Origin: an uncultured Actinomycetota bacterium
Lineage (GTDB): Bacteria; Actinomycetota; Thermoleophilia; RBG-16-64-13
Direction: 5' to 3'
NCBI GenBank assembly: GCA_963822135.1
Contig: CAWGGI010000001.1
Span: 200,511 to 264,510, forward strand
Length of the DNA stretch: 64,000 nucleotides
The notes under the pieces were generated by a model. It ran no database searches, had not been told where the DNA came from, and saw only the letters and a list, made by a program, of their open reading frames with translations. The position numbers were made by a program, and so were the translations under genes. This document shows, piece by piece, positions 26,582 through 36,209 of this stretch (the first letter of the stretch is position 1; each line of letters begins with the position of its first letter).

Positions 26582-27802
26582 GTGGACACTCCCAGCTCAG
26601 ACACACGAGATCCGCACACGGAGCAGGCCCCGCCCGCCGCGAGTCCGCGCTCGGCCGCGGTCCTCTATCCCAGCCAGGTCTTCGTGGGGGCCACGCTCAT
26701 CACGCTCGGTCCGCTGCTCGACCCTATCCTCCGCGATCTCGATATCCCCCTGGCCAAGGCGGGGTTGCTCTCGTTCGGGTTCTTCTTCGGGCGGGTCGTG
26801 GGAGTGCTCCTGCTCAACTTCGCGCTGGCGCGGGTGCCCATCAAGACCATCATGGTCATCTGCGCTCTGGTGCTGACGGCAGGGTCGGCGGCCTCCGGCC
26901 TGCTCGGCGTGGGGCTGTGGCCGCTCGCGCTCGCTCTCTTCGTGACGGGCCTTGCGGGGGTCATCCCCAACGCCATCTCTGGGGTATGGGTGGCCGCACA
27001 CATCCGCAGAGGCGTGGAGCGGGCGATGCTCAACATCGGGGCGTATTTCGCTCTGGGCGTCGTGGTAGCGCCGCTGGTCATCGGGGCCGCGCTCGAGCTG
27101 GGCGCCACCTGGAGGTGGGTGTTCCTCGGTGAGGCGGTGTTCTCGGTTTTGGTGGCCGTCGTGCTGATGGTCTTGCCAATCGCCGACGTACCCGACCGCG
27201 AGAACCTGCGGGCGCGGCAGCTCAAGGCGGTGGCGCGGTTCCGTCCGCGCCTGCTGGGGGTGATCCTGGGCGCCACGTTCCTGTATGTGGCCGTGGAGGG
27301 GATGCTGTACGTGTGGCTGGCCAAGATGCAGGTGGATTCGTTCGCCGCCGGCCCCGGTATGGCCGCACTCAGCGTCACCCTCTTCTGGGCGGGCATAACC
27401 GCGGGCCGCTACCTGGCGGTGCCGCTCACCCGCTTCGCTTCGGCCGCCCGGCTTCTCGCCGTCTTCGCCTCCATCCTCACCGTGTTCGTCGCCGCCCTGG
27501 CGCTGGCTCCCACCCTGGCCGTGTCCGAGGTCTTCGCCTTCTTCGCGGGGATAGGCGCCTCGGCATGCTGGCCGCTGATCGCCTGCTACACGCCCCGGTT
27601 CCCCGGGTGGCAGTCGGGCGTGGTCTTCTCGGGGATGATGCTGGCCGGGACCGTCGCCAACACCGCGTCACCCTATCTCTTCGGTCCGACCGCGGCGGCC
27701 CTCGGCACGAAGACGGCCGTGGGGCTGTGGGTGATCCCCTCCCTGGCTGTCGTCGCGCTCGCCTTCGCGCTCGAAAGGGCCGCGCGGGTGGCCGATGAAT
27801 AG
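26582..27802 (+). CDS. MFS transporter (start uncertain)
   Basis: YPSQVFVGATLITLGPLLDPILRDLDIPLAKAGLLSFGFFFG... with 12 TM segments. The N-terminal 40 residues of the ORF-track call are probably not coding. Confidence 0.65.
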   Translation: MDTPSSDTRDPHTEQAPPAASPRSAAVLYPSQVFVGATLITLGPLLDPILRDLDIPLAKAGLLSFGFFFGRVVGVLLLNFALARVPIKTIMVICALVLTAGSAASGLLGVGLWPLALALFVTGLAGVIPNAISGVWVAAHIRRGVERAMLNIGAYFALGVVVAPLVIGAALELGATWRWVFLGEAVFSVLVAVVLMVLPIADVPDRENLRARQLKAVARFRPRLLGVILGATFLYVAVEGMLYVWLAKMQVDSFAAGPGMAALSVTLFWAGITAGRYLAVPLTRFASAARLLAVFASILTVFVAALALAPTLAVSEVFAFFAGIGASACWPLIACYTPRFPGWQSGVVFSGMMLAGTVANTASPYLFGPTAAALGTKTAVGLWVIPSLAVVALAFALERAARVADE

Positions 27803-29004
27803 CACGTATACTGAATCGATGCCCGGCAAGCCACCAGAGACCACCTCCTATCTTTCCCTGTACGCCGCCACGTTCATGGTCGGCGTGGTCATGATCTCGC
27901 TGGGGCCGCTTCTCGACCCCATGACCGAGGAACTCGGCATCGCCCTCGCGCGACGCGGGTCTGATATCAGCAGCATTCGCCGTGGGCATGCTGGTGGGGG
28001 TGTTGGCGCTCAACTTCCTTCTGGCCGGGGTGCCGGCCAAGTGGACCCTCATAGGGGCGGCGTGGCTTCAGACAGTGGCCCTTGCGGCTTCGGGGGCGCT
28101 CGCGAACGGACTGTGGTCGCTCTTCGTCTGCTACTTCTTCGTAGGCCTCGGCTGCGTGTTCCTGAACAGTCTCCCGGGGATGTGGGTGAGTTCGCATGTC
28201 AAGGAAGGCACCCACCGGGCGATGGTGATCCTACTGCTGTTCTTCGCTATCGGCATGGCGGTCACGCCCATCTTCATCGGAATAGCTCTGGGGTTGGGAG
28301 TCACGTGGCGCTGGGTCTATATCGTCGAGGCCATCCTTTCGGGTGTTCTGGCCTTGATCCTGACGAGCCGGCCCATCTCCGACATCACCGGGAGGAAGAA
28401 CCTCGGCTGGGGACGCCTCCGGACGGTGATCGGCTTCAATCCGGAGTTGTTCGTCACCGTGATCGTGGCTTCGATCCTCTACATCGGGTCGGAGTTCATC
28501 ATCAATGTCTGGCTGCCCAAGTTCGAGATCGATGTCCTCGGAGCCAGCAAGACGGTGGCCAGCGCAGCGGTGGCGCTGTTCTGGGTGGGTCTGATCATCG
28601 GCCGGCTCATCGTGATATCGCTCACCAAGCGGTTCCAGGCCTCCCGGCTGCTCCTGGTGGGCATGGCGATCATGGCCGTGTTCGCGCTCGGCATCGCTCT
28701 GTCGACCTCGGTGGAGATGTCCCTGGTCATGTCGTTCCTCAGCGGCTTCGGGGCCTCGGCCGCCTTCCCGCTGATCCTGGGCTTCTCCGGCCGGTTCCCC
28801 GCGTGGCATGCCGGAGTGGTCTACTCGGCCGTGGTGATGGCAGGGGCTCTCGGGCGGATCGTGTTCCCCTACCTCATCGGCCCCATCGCCGATTCGGCCG
28901 GTTTCCGGCTGGCGATGGGGTTGGCCTTCGTGTTGGCGGGGGCCTGTTCGCTGCTCTCGCTCTACCTTCACCGGGTGTCGGGAGAGGGTGACACAGCCGG
29001 CTGA
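27795..29004 (+). CDS. MFS transporter paralog, one apparent frameshift near 27955
   Basis: MNSTYTESMPGKPPETTSYLSLYAATFMVGVVMISLGPLLDPMTEELGIALAR (ORF 27795), then MGMLVGVLALNFLLAGVPAKW... (ORF 27982..29004). About 40% identical to the preceding MFS gene. Confidence 0.7.
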
Positions 29005-29128
29005 TTCGCCCGATCCGCCGTGAAGCCACGGCCGCCCAGACTGCGTCCTCCAGGGCGGTACGTCGTCATCAGCCGCGCTCTTTCGTCCTGTATACTCGCG
29101 TATCCCGCGATCGAGAAATGAGGACCAT

Positions 29129-30439
29129 GTGATGAGGGCCAACCTGGTCAGCCCGTCATCTTCGCAGTTGTCGTACGCCATCCGCGAGATCGTCGCCTTC
29201 GGCGAACTGGTGCGGCGCCATGGCGTCGAGGTGACCTGGGAGAACATCGGCGACCCGATCGCCAAGGGCGAGCGGGTCGCGCCCTGGATCCGCGAGATCG
29301 TCCACGAAGTGGTCGAGCTCGAGGACTCCTGGGGCTACTGTCCCACGGAAGGCTTCATGGAGGCCAGAGAAGCGCTGGCCGCGCATGTCAACAACCGGCC
29401 CGGCGCCCGGGTGTCCGCGGCCGACATCATCTTCTTCAACGGCGTGGCCGACGCGGTGTCCAAGGTCTACGGGTTCCTGAGCGCGCATGCTCGGGTCATC
29501 GGCCCCTCTCCCGCGTACAGCACTCATTCCTCGGCGGAGTCGGCGCACAGCGCGCTTCCCCACATCACCTACGACCTCGATCCCGAGAACGGCTGGATGC
29601 CCGACCTGGTCGACCTGCGCCGCAAGATCCAGGCCTATCCGTCCATCGCCGGCATCCTCATCATCAATCCCAACAATCCCACCGGGGCCGTGTATCCGCC
29701 CGAGCTCCTCGAGGAGATCGTCGCGATCGCCCGCGAGTTCGGCCTGTTCCTCATCGCCGACGAGATCTACATCCACATGGTGTTCCCGGGTGTCGAGACG
29801 GTCCACCTCTCCGAGGTGGCCACGGACGTGCCGGCCATCGTCATGCGCGGCATCTCGAAGGAGCTGCCGTGGCCGGGGTCGCGTTGCGGATGGATCGAAG
29901 TGCTCAACCGCGTGGCGGACCAGAACTTCTCCTCCTACGTCGACTCCGTGATCGCCGCCAAACGGCTGGAGGTCTGCTCCACGAGCGGACCCCAACTCGC
30001 CGTCCCCCGGATCTTCGGGGATCCCCGCTACGCGGGACACCTGGAGGAGCGCGCGCGCATCTTCGCCGCGCGCGCCGACGAGGCCTACGAAGCCCTGCGC
30101 GATGTACCCGGTCTCATGGTCAATCGTGCACAGGGAGCCTTCTACATGACCGCGCTCTTCGAGCACGGCGCCCTGGATGGCGACAACCGGCTTCCCATCG
30201 CCGACGCGGCTCTACGCGAGTTGGTGGAGCAGCATTGCGTGGGAGCGGCTCCCGATGCGCGGTTCGTCTATCACCTGCTGGCGTCGACCGGGATCTGCGT
30301 GGTGCCTCTCACCGGTTTCTTCACGCCTCGGCCGGGCTTCCGCTTCACCCTCCTCGAGACCGACGACGCCAAGCGTGCCTGGATCTTCCGGACCCTCGCG
30401 GAGGCGGTCTCCGAGTACGTGGCGGGCGGGACGGCGTAG
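29129..30439 (+). CDS. PLP-dependent aminotransferase, AlaA-like (alanine/glutamate-pyruvate aminotransferase family)
   Basis: 436 aa; LSYAIREIV...WENIGDPIAKGE...INPNNPTGAVYP...GISKELPWPGSRCGW. Confidence 0.8.
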   Translation: MMRANLVSPSSSQLSYAIREIVAFGELVRRHGVEVTWENIGDPIAKGERVAPWIREIVHEVVELEDSWGYCPTEGFMEAREALAAHVNNRPGARVSAADIIFFNGVADAVSKVYGFLSAHARVIGPSPAYSTHSSAESAHSALPHITYDLDPENGWMPDLVDLRRKIQAYPSIAGILIINPNNPTGAVYPPELLEEIVAIAREFGLFLIADEIYIHMVFPGVETVHLSEVATDVPAIVMRGISKELPWPGSRCGWIEVLNRVADQNFSSYVDSVIAAKRLEVCSTSGPQLAVPRIFGDPRYAGHLEERARIFAARADEAYEALRDVPGLMVNRAQGAFYMTALFEHGALDGDNRLPIADAALRELVEQHCVGAAPDARFVYHLLASTGICVVPLTGFFTPRPGFRFTLLETDDAKRAWIFRTLAEAVSEYVAGGTA

Positions 30440-30473
30440 CGCCCAGGCCTGTCAGCGCCTAGGCGCACACCAC

Positions 30474-31205
30474 CTACGCGTACAGCGGGTCGCACTCCTC
30501 GCGGAGCACGCCGCCGATAACTTCGAGCACCCGCGGTGCCCGTTCGGCTATCTCGCCTGCGGTCACCAGGATCCGGGAACGACCCATTGCGGCCGTCGCT
30601 GCTATGGACGAGCCGAAGACGATGGTCGTGACCCCCGCCCACACGGCCAGCCCGGTGCACATGGGGCAGGGCTCGCAGGTTGACACCAGGAGGGCGCCGG
30701 TGAGATCGGGGCTGCCCTCTCTCCGCACGGCCTCGAGGATGGCGCTGTGCTCGGCGTGCAGGCTGGGATCTCCCTCGGTGGTCGCGGTGTCATGAGCTCG
30801 GGCGAGCACCCGGTCGCCCCTCACCAGCAGCGATCCGTAGCCCTTGTTCCCCTCTGCTTTGGCCTGCAGGGCTTCCTGGATCGCCTCACGCATGAGGCCT
30901 TCGAGGTCGAGGCGGAGGATCCGCTCCCGGCAGCGACCGGCATAGGGACGGATCTCGCCATAGTCGCGGACGAAACGAAGCCGGGGATCGAGTCGGCTAA
31001 GAAAGGTCTGGACCGGACGTTCCGCAGTCGCCCGGCAGACCTGCCTGGTATCGAGACCAAGCCTCTGGCAGGCCTCCAAGGTGGGGCAGTCGTTACCGGA
31101 CAGCCAGACGATGTGGTCGGGCGATTCCTCCACCACCGGCACCTGGTCGGGCGCGAGTCCCATATAGTCGAAGAAGAGCAACTCGAAGGCCCGCCGGGGG
31201 GAGAC
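30474..31205 (-). CDS. Cytidine/deoxycytidylate-deaminase-fold (nucleoside/guanine deaminase-like) protein with an N-terminal domain of about 105 aa of unknown function
   Basis: C-terminal 139 aa: MREAIQEALQAKAEGNKGYGSLLVRGDRVLARAHDTATTEGDPSLHAEHSAI...STCEPCPMCTG (H-A-E ... C-x-x-C zinc motif). The N-terminal part AFELLFFDYMGLAPDQVPVVEESPDHIVWLSGNDCPTLEACQRLG... is in the same frame. Confidence 0.7.
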   Translation of the reverse strand, partial: VSPRRAFELLFFDYMGLAPDQVPVVEESPDHIVWLSGNDCPTLEACQRLGLDTRQVCRATAERPVQTFLSRLDPRLRFVRDYGEIRPYAGRCRERILRLDLEGLMREAIQEALQAKAEGNKGYGSLLVRGDRVLARAHDTATTEGDPSLHAEHSAILEAVRREGSPDLTGALLVSTCEPCPMCTGLAVWAGVTTIVFGSSIAATAAMGRSRILVTAGEIAERAPRVLEVIGGVLREECDPLYA

Positions 31206-31399
31206 GGGCATCGCCGGAAGGGGCGAGTCCACCCGCGCCGGATACCCGCGAGCGGTGAGCCACGCGAGACGCTTTTCACTTCGGCGGCGCTCGAGCGCGC
31301 CGTATGCGCCTGCCTCGAGAAGCGCCGTCTCCCGGCGTACCGCGTCCTCGAGCGCCGCCTCGCGATCGGCGCCATCGCGGTCGACGGCATCGCGATCGC

Positions 31400-31470
31400 C
31401 GGCCTCGACCCGGGCAGCGGCCTCGAATCGCACGGCCTCGACCCGGCAGCGGCCTCGACCCCGGCAGCGG
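31400..31470. repeat. 18-nt tandem repeat GCTGCCGGGGTCGAGGCC (coding AAGVEA/RVEA) with G-run length variation (GGGG vs GGG) between copies
   Basis: ggcctcgacccgggcagc / ggcctcgaatcgcac / ggcctcgacccggcagc / ggcctcgaccccggcagc on the plus strand. The one-G difference coincides with the frame change between the VOC ORF and the downstream deaminase-domain ORF. Confidence 0.6.
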
Positions 31471-31930
31471 GCTGCAGACTTTCGACCAGCTCCACACAGA
31501 TGCCATCGGGGTCGCGGAAGTAGCACCAGCGCCACACCGGCCTTCCGGGATCGTGGACCGTCCGCACGGGAGTGTGGAAGCGGACCCCCGCGGCCTCCAG
31601 TCGGCGGACCTCCTCCTCGATGTCCTCGGTGAGGATGGCGAGGTGGCCGGATCCGGCCACCGACGGGTCACCGGCATACGGCCTGGTGGCCGGGTCGACG
31701 TACTGGATGAACTCGATTCGGGTCCCATCCAGTTCCATATCGGCGATGAGGATCTCAGCCGATGCGGTCTCTCCTGCGGCGTAGGGTCCGAGTAGCGCCA
31801 TCCCCAGATCGGCGCTCCGGCGGTGCTTGCGCCCGCACAGCCGCATGCCCAGCAGGCTCTGGTAGAAGTCGACCGTCCGTTCGAGATCGGTGACGGTGAA
31901 GCTGAGGTGATGGATACCGGCGATCGTCAT
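31440..31930 (-). CDS. VOC-family (glyoxalase/bleomycin-resistance/dioxygenase) domain protein; real 3' end unclear
   Basis: MTIAGIHHLSFTVTDLERTVDFYQSLLGMRL...GSGHLAILTEDIEEEVRRLEAAGVRF...FRDPDGICVELVE. The ORF-track frame then runs as G/R/P-rich junk through to 30821. Confidence 0.7.
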
Positions 31931-31985
31931 CCAGGAGAGTGTATCCTGCCTGCGACCTTACACCCACGGCCGGCGACCGGGCAGC

Positions 31986-32429
31986 ATGAACACATCGATA
32001 CCGCCATCGAAGTCCATATCAGGGAAGACTCGGCGCGCGCTCTTCTTCGCCGCCGGGTCGGTCGCGCTCGCGCTGGGAGCCATCGGCATCGTGCTGCCGG
32101 TTCTCCCTACCACGCCCTTCCTGCTTCTCTCGGCCTACTGCTATGCGCGTAGTTCCCCGAGGGCCCACCGCTGGCTATTGGGCAATCGGGTGTTCGGCCG
32201 TCAGTTGCAGGACTATATGGCGGGCAGGGGAGTCTCCCGGCCGGTGAAGGCTGGCGTACTCGCGCTGCTGTGGCTGGTGATCGTACTCTCAGCCGTGTTC
32301 TTCGTGCCTTGGACCTGGGCGCGGGTACTTCTTGGCGTGATGGGGATCGCGGTGAGCGTCCACATCCTGGCGCTCAAGACCAAGACCGACGCCGACCCTC
32401 CAGCCGATCAGCGTATGCCGGAGTCGTAG
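31986..32429 (+). CDS. ybaN: DUF454 family inner-membrane protein (YbaN-like)
   Basis: RRALFFAAGSVALALGAIGIVLPVLPTTPFLLLSAYCYARSSPRAHRWLLGNRVFGRQLQDY. Confidence 0.75.
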   Translation: MNTSIPPSKSISGKTRRALFFAAGSVALALGAIGIVLPVLPTTPFLLLSAYCYARSSPRAHRWLLGNRVFGRQLQDYMAGRGVSRPVKAGVLALLWLVIVLSAVFFVPWTWARVLLGVMGIAVSVHILALKTKTDADPPADQRMPES

Positions 32430-32809
32430 TCCACCCGCAGCGTGGTGAACTGCCCGGACAGAACGATGAACTGCTGAGGAGAAGCAGTCGGCAGCGGATC
32501 GCCGTTGACCGGCTCCAAGATGTAGGCGTCAGGCGGCAGCGCCACGCGGAAGAGGCCTTCCTCGTCGGAGGTGGTCTCGGCTATCAGCTTGCCGTCGGAC
32601 GCGCGCCTGACGCGCAGGGTGGCGGAATAGGGGCCATCGTTCTCTACCCCCGGCTGCTCGACGGGGTTGAGAGGGCCGATCCGTACCTCGCCCTGTACGC
32701 CGCTGTCGGTGACCACGGTCTCTCCGGTCCCGCCGTTATCCCCGCATGCAGCCATTGCGAGGACCAGCCCCAGGACGACCAGGCTTGCATACACAGTCCG
32801 TCTGCTCAT
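32408..32809 (-). CDS. Hypothetical lipoprotein (signal peptide, lipobox MAACGD)
   Basis: MSRRTVYASLVVLGLVLAMAACGDNGG...; the beta-rich remainder was not matched to a named family. Confidence 0.45.
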   Translation of the reverse strand: MSRRTVYASLVVLGLVLAMAACGDNGGTGETVVTDSGVQGEVRIGPLNPVEQPGVENDGPYSATLRVRRASDGKLIAETTSDEEGLFRVALPPDAYILEPVNGDPLPTASPQQFIVLSGQFTTLRVDYDSGIR

Positions 32810-32850
32810 GGGACTACCCTCCCCCATCGGCACCCGGTATTCTGGACCGG

Positions 32851-33844
32851 ATGAAGTCTACCGGAGATCTCGGGAACTCGGCGGATCGGCCCGGCGGCCG
32901 GGCCTGGCGCGACAACAAGGCCCTGAGTGTGGGCATAACGGCAGTGGTCTACTCAGGCGCGCTGGTGTTGGCGGTGATCCTGGTGGGCCTCTCAGGCATA
33001 TCGGCGCCCCTCGCCCAGATCGCTTTGGGCACACTGGTCGCCACCATCGTCGTGTTCGCCGTCTCGCGTCGCAGTCGACAACTCCAGCATGTACGACCCG
33101 TACTGGAGCCTGCAGCCCCTGGCCATCGCCGGGATACTACCTGTGGGGCGGTGGGGCGACGTCGACGCCCGGCAGATGCATCGTCACCGTCCTGGTGCTG
33201 CTCTACGCCGTCCGGCTCACCAGCAACTTCTACCGCGACTGGCCGGGCCTGACCAAGGAGGACTTCCGCTATGTCGGCTTCCGCGCCGGTCGGGCCGCTT
33301 CTACTGGCCGGTGAGCTTCTTGGGCATCCACCTCTTCCCGACCATCATGGTCTTTCTGGGCTGCCTGCCGCTCTACGCGGTGGCGCGGTCCGGAGGCCGG
33401 CGGCGTTCGGCTGGCTGGACATCGTCGCCGCGCTCGTCACCCTCGCGGCGGTCGTGCATCGGCCTTCGTCGCCGACGAGCAATGCGCGTGTTCCGCCGCG
33501 ATCCGGCCAACCGGGGGCGATGCATCCGCACCGGTCTCTGGGCTCGCAGCCGGCACCCGAACTACCTGGGCGAGATCATGACCTGGTGGGGGCTGTGGCT
33601 CTTTGCGCTGGCCGCGGGTCCGGGCTGGTGGTGGACCGTCGCCGGGGCGGCGGCCATCACGGTGATGTTCGTCTTCGTGAGCGTGCCGATGATGGAGAAG
33701 CGGGCGCTGGCGACGCGAGAGGGCTACCGGCAATACAGGGACGCAGCACCCCGATGCTCCTTCCCGGCTGGCGCTCCCAGGCGGCGGCGACGGACGGCGC
33801 CGACCGAACCGGCTGACGCCGGCAGAGTCAGCCCGGCCGCCTGA
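32851..33844 (+). CDS. DUF1295 (steroid-5-alpha-reductase/ICMT-like) membrane protein, 2 or more apparent frameshifts
   Basis: Three frames carry YDPYWSLQPLAIAG / IVTVLVLLYAVRLTSNFYRDWPGLTKEDFRYVGFRAG / FYWPVSFLGIHLFPTIMVFLGCLPLYAV...GLWARSRHPNYLGEIMTWWGLWLFA...MEKRALATREGYRQYRD. Confidence 0.6.
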
Positions 33845-33864
33845 CCCCGGCGACGCCGGCGGGC

Positions 33865-34320
33865 TCAGCCCTTCCCCCACGCCTCTCCCACCTCGAGGGA
33901 GGTAGCGTGAAGAGCCTTGTTGATGTCGCGGATGAACTGGATCATCGAACCGATGAGACAGAGCATGCTCACGATGAACAATCCTGCAATCAGCCACGCC
34001 ACCTCGATGCCGAACAGGGCGGTGACGAACAGGGAGATGACCAGCAACGCCACGAAGAGGACGCAGAAGGCGGCAAGAGCGATGGCCCAGCGCATCACCT
34101 GGGCCCGCTGTCCAAGGATCCGCAATTGCGCCAGCGCGGTGTCGCGCTCGTCGCCGGTGGTGGCTCGCGCCTGGTGGGCCAGGGAACGGGAGCGATCGAC
34201 GATCCGGCCGAGCCGGTTGGTCATGGTGAGCAGGAGAAGGCCCACACCCGAGATGAGCACGACCGGTCCGATGGCGGTCTGCAGTACGGTGACGAGGTCG
34301 GATGTCTCGAGCGTACTCAC
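33865..34320 (-). CDS. DUF2721 domain-containing membrane protein
   Basis: LVTVLQTAIGPVVLISGVGLLLLTMTNRLGRIVDRSRSL... followed by two TM segments. Confidence 0.7.
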   Translation of the reverse strand: MSTLETSDLVTVLQTAIGPVVLISGVGLLLLTMTNRLGRIVDRSRSLAHQARATTGDERDTALAQLRILGQRAQVMRWAIALAAFCVLFVALLVISLFVTALFGIEVAWLIAGLFIVSMLCLIGSMIQFIRDINKALHATSLEVGEAWGKG

Positions 34321-34399
34321 GGGCGATGCCTCCCAGCCGTGCGGAGAAGTCGGTGACAGCTGCGTTCAGGATTCTATCAACGCCGGCCGCGGGGCGGCT

Positions 34400-34903
34400 T
34401 CACTCTGCCAGATCGAGGGCCTTCTCCAGCCAGCGGTCCGCACTGGCGGTCGACCATAGCCGGACGTCTTCGGACGAAAGGCCGGTCGCCTCCTTCTGGG
34501 TGAGGGCGGGGTGGAAAACCCGCCAATACCCCGCCGAACCGTGGAAGGCCGGGTCCCATGCCTGCTCGATCTCGGCCTGCCACGCCTCCCTCCCAGCGGA
34601 GAGGCAATCCAGCGCGCTGGTGAGGGCGGCCTGCAGCCGCGTCTCGGCAGGATTGGTGATAGGCATGTTGTTCGTCTTGGCCAGCGCCACACGCAGCGAC
34701 TCGCTGAACTCATCGTAGCCGGTCGAGCCGCCGCCGGACGCGGCTTCGCGCGCTTCGACCGCGGCGGCGACGGCGGCCAGTCCGCCCTTCCCGGGTGCGG
34801 CGAGGCCGGTCTCCTCCTGGAAGTTGGAGATGACCAATCCCAGCGCCGCCAGGACGACGATGATGGCGGGAAGGAATACCCATGCCAGGCGCTTGTTTCC
34901 CAT
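34400..34903 (-). CDS. Hypothetical membrane-anchored protein
   Basis: MGNKRLAWVFLPAIIVVLAALGLVISNF... The start codon is about 18 nt from the divergent start at 34923. Confidence 0.4.
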   Translation of the reverse strand: MGNKRLAWVFLPAIIVVLAALGLVISNFQEETGLAAPGKGGLAAVAAAVEAREAASGGGSTGYDEFSESLRVALAKTNNMPITNPAETRLQAALTSALDCLSAGREAWQAEIEQAWDPAFHGSAGYWRVFHPALTQKEATGLSSEDVRLWSTASADRWLEKALDLAE

Positions 34904-34922
34904 ACAGTGCGATAATAGCGCC

Positions 34923-35624
34923 ATGAGCGACTGGGATATCGATCCCCCTGTAAAGGACGACCCTTCCCGGGCGAACCCGCCTGCCCCCGATCCCACCTCC
35001 AACGCCGTTACTCCGGACTCCGAGCGGTCTGCGGCGCCCTCTGGCTCCGGTGTTGCCGATGCTCCCCCGGCCGGCCGGCCCGCGGCGGCCGCCGCGGGCC
35101 CAGGCGGAGGCGCTGCAACGGGGCGCGGCCGTCGGCGGATCCCCTACCTGTGGGTGGGCGTCGCCGCGCTGGCGTTGCTGATCGGTCTCGTCGGCGGGTA
35201 CTTCATCGCCCACGCGCAGACGTCCGGCGATGAGGCCGTCCTTGCCGAAAAGGATGCCCGACTGGGCGAACTCCAGGCCGCACTCGCGCAATCGCAGGAC
35301 CGCAACTGGACCTACTACCGAGCGAACCAGACCCTGAAGACTCAACTGGTGCAGGCAACCTCGAACGCCTCCACCACCACCGACCCGGTCGGTGAGCAGG
35401 GTGTGTTCAGCGACGGCGTGTACGTAGTGGGTGAGGACATCCCTTCAGGGACATACGACGGAGTCGTCAACGGCTCGTTCGGCTACTGGGCCCGGCTCAA
35501 GGGCTCTGACGGTTCCATCGCCCAGATCATCGAGAACGGCCTACCGAGAGGCCCGTTCGTCCTCACCATCGAGCCGGGCGACCACGCGGTAGAACTGCGC
35601 GGGGTGACTCTCAGCGAGCGCTGA
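34923..35624 (+). CDS. Hypothetical single-pass membrane protein (Pro/Ala-rich N-terminus, C-terminal beta-rich domain)
   Basis: MSDWDIDPPVKDDPSRANPP...RRIPYLWVGVAALALLIGLVGGYFIAHAQ... Confidence 0.45.
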   Translation: MSDWDIDPPVKDDPSRANPPAPDPTSNAVTPDSERSAAPSGSGVADAPPAGRPAAAAAGPGGGAATGRGRRRIPYLWVGVAALALLIGLVGGYFIAHAQTSGDEAVLAEKDARLGELQAALAQSQDRNWTYYRANQTLKTQLVQATSNASTTTDPVGEQGVFSDGVYVVGEDIPSGTYDGVVNGSFGYWARLKGSDGSIAQIIENGLPRGPFVLTIEPGDHAVELRGVTLSER

Positions 35625-35662
35625 GCGGGCACGACGAGGCGCCGCCTCGGCGCCGAGTCCGC

Positions 35663-36022
35663 CTATCTGCAGAAGCCCACGCTGGGATAGTAGAACTTGG
35701 CTCCCAGCCCGCGGAGCAGCCCCTCGACCTCCTCGCTCGGCGAGCCGAGCACCACCATCTCGCGGAGGGGCGAGATGGCCAACATGGCCTCCAGCTTGGG
35801 TCCCAGGCTGTTGAAGTGCAGCAGGAAGTCCTCGGAGCTTCCGTAGTACTCGTTGAGGTAGCAGGTCATGCCGTGCTCGTCCACGAACCATTCGTAAGCG
35901 AGGGTGGTGGGCTCGCTCTCCTCCACCCCGCAGGTGAGGGCTTCAGACAGCTGTTTGAACTCTTCCAACTTGCCGGGCATGATGTCCTGGCGGACGATGA
36001 GACGGATAGGTCCCGTGGTCAT
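35663..36022 (-). CDS. Small alpha/beta-barrel protein (ABM / stress-responsive dimeric barrel-like)
   Basis: MTTGPIRLIVRQDIMPGKLEEFKQLSEALTCGVEESEPTTLAYEWFVDEHGMTCYLNEYY... Confidence 0.4.
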   Translation of the reverse strand: MTTGPIRLIVRQDIMPGKLEEFKQLSEALTCGVEESEPTTLAYEWFVDEHGMTCYLNEYYGSSEDFLLHFNSLGPKLEAMLAISPLREMVVLGSPSEEVEGLLRGLGAKFYYPSVGFCR

Positions 36023-36209
36023 GAAGCGACTCCTTAGGTGAGTGCGGCTAAGCCACCTCATGGTAGCAGTCCCGTGATCGCGGGGCCGGTCGCGCGCCTA
36101 TGGCAGCAGCCGCGTCTTCGGCGAGTCCAGAGGGTACACTTGAACCACGGTGGCACCAGCGCGCTCCGGACGATCGACCGCCGGGGCGCAGGTCCAAAGG
36201 GAGGACGGA

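Noticed and set aside
30821-31440. C-terminal 200 aa of the 369-aa VOC ORF
   Set aside because: G/R/P/S-rich wrong-frame read-through overlapping the deaminase-domain gene. The VOC domain ends near 31480 (see the frameshift finding).
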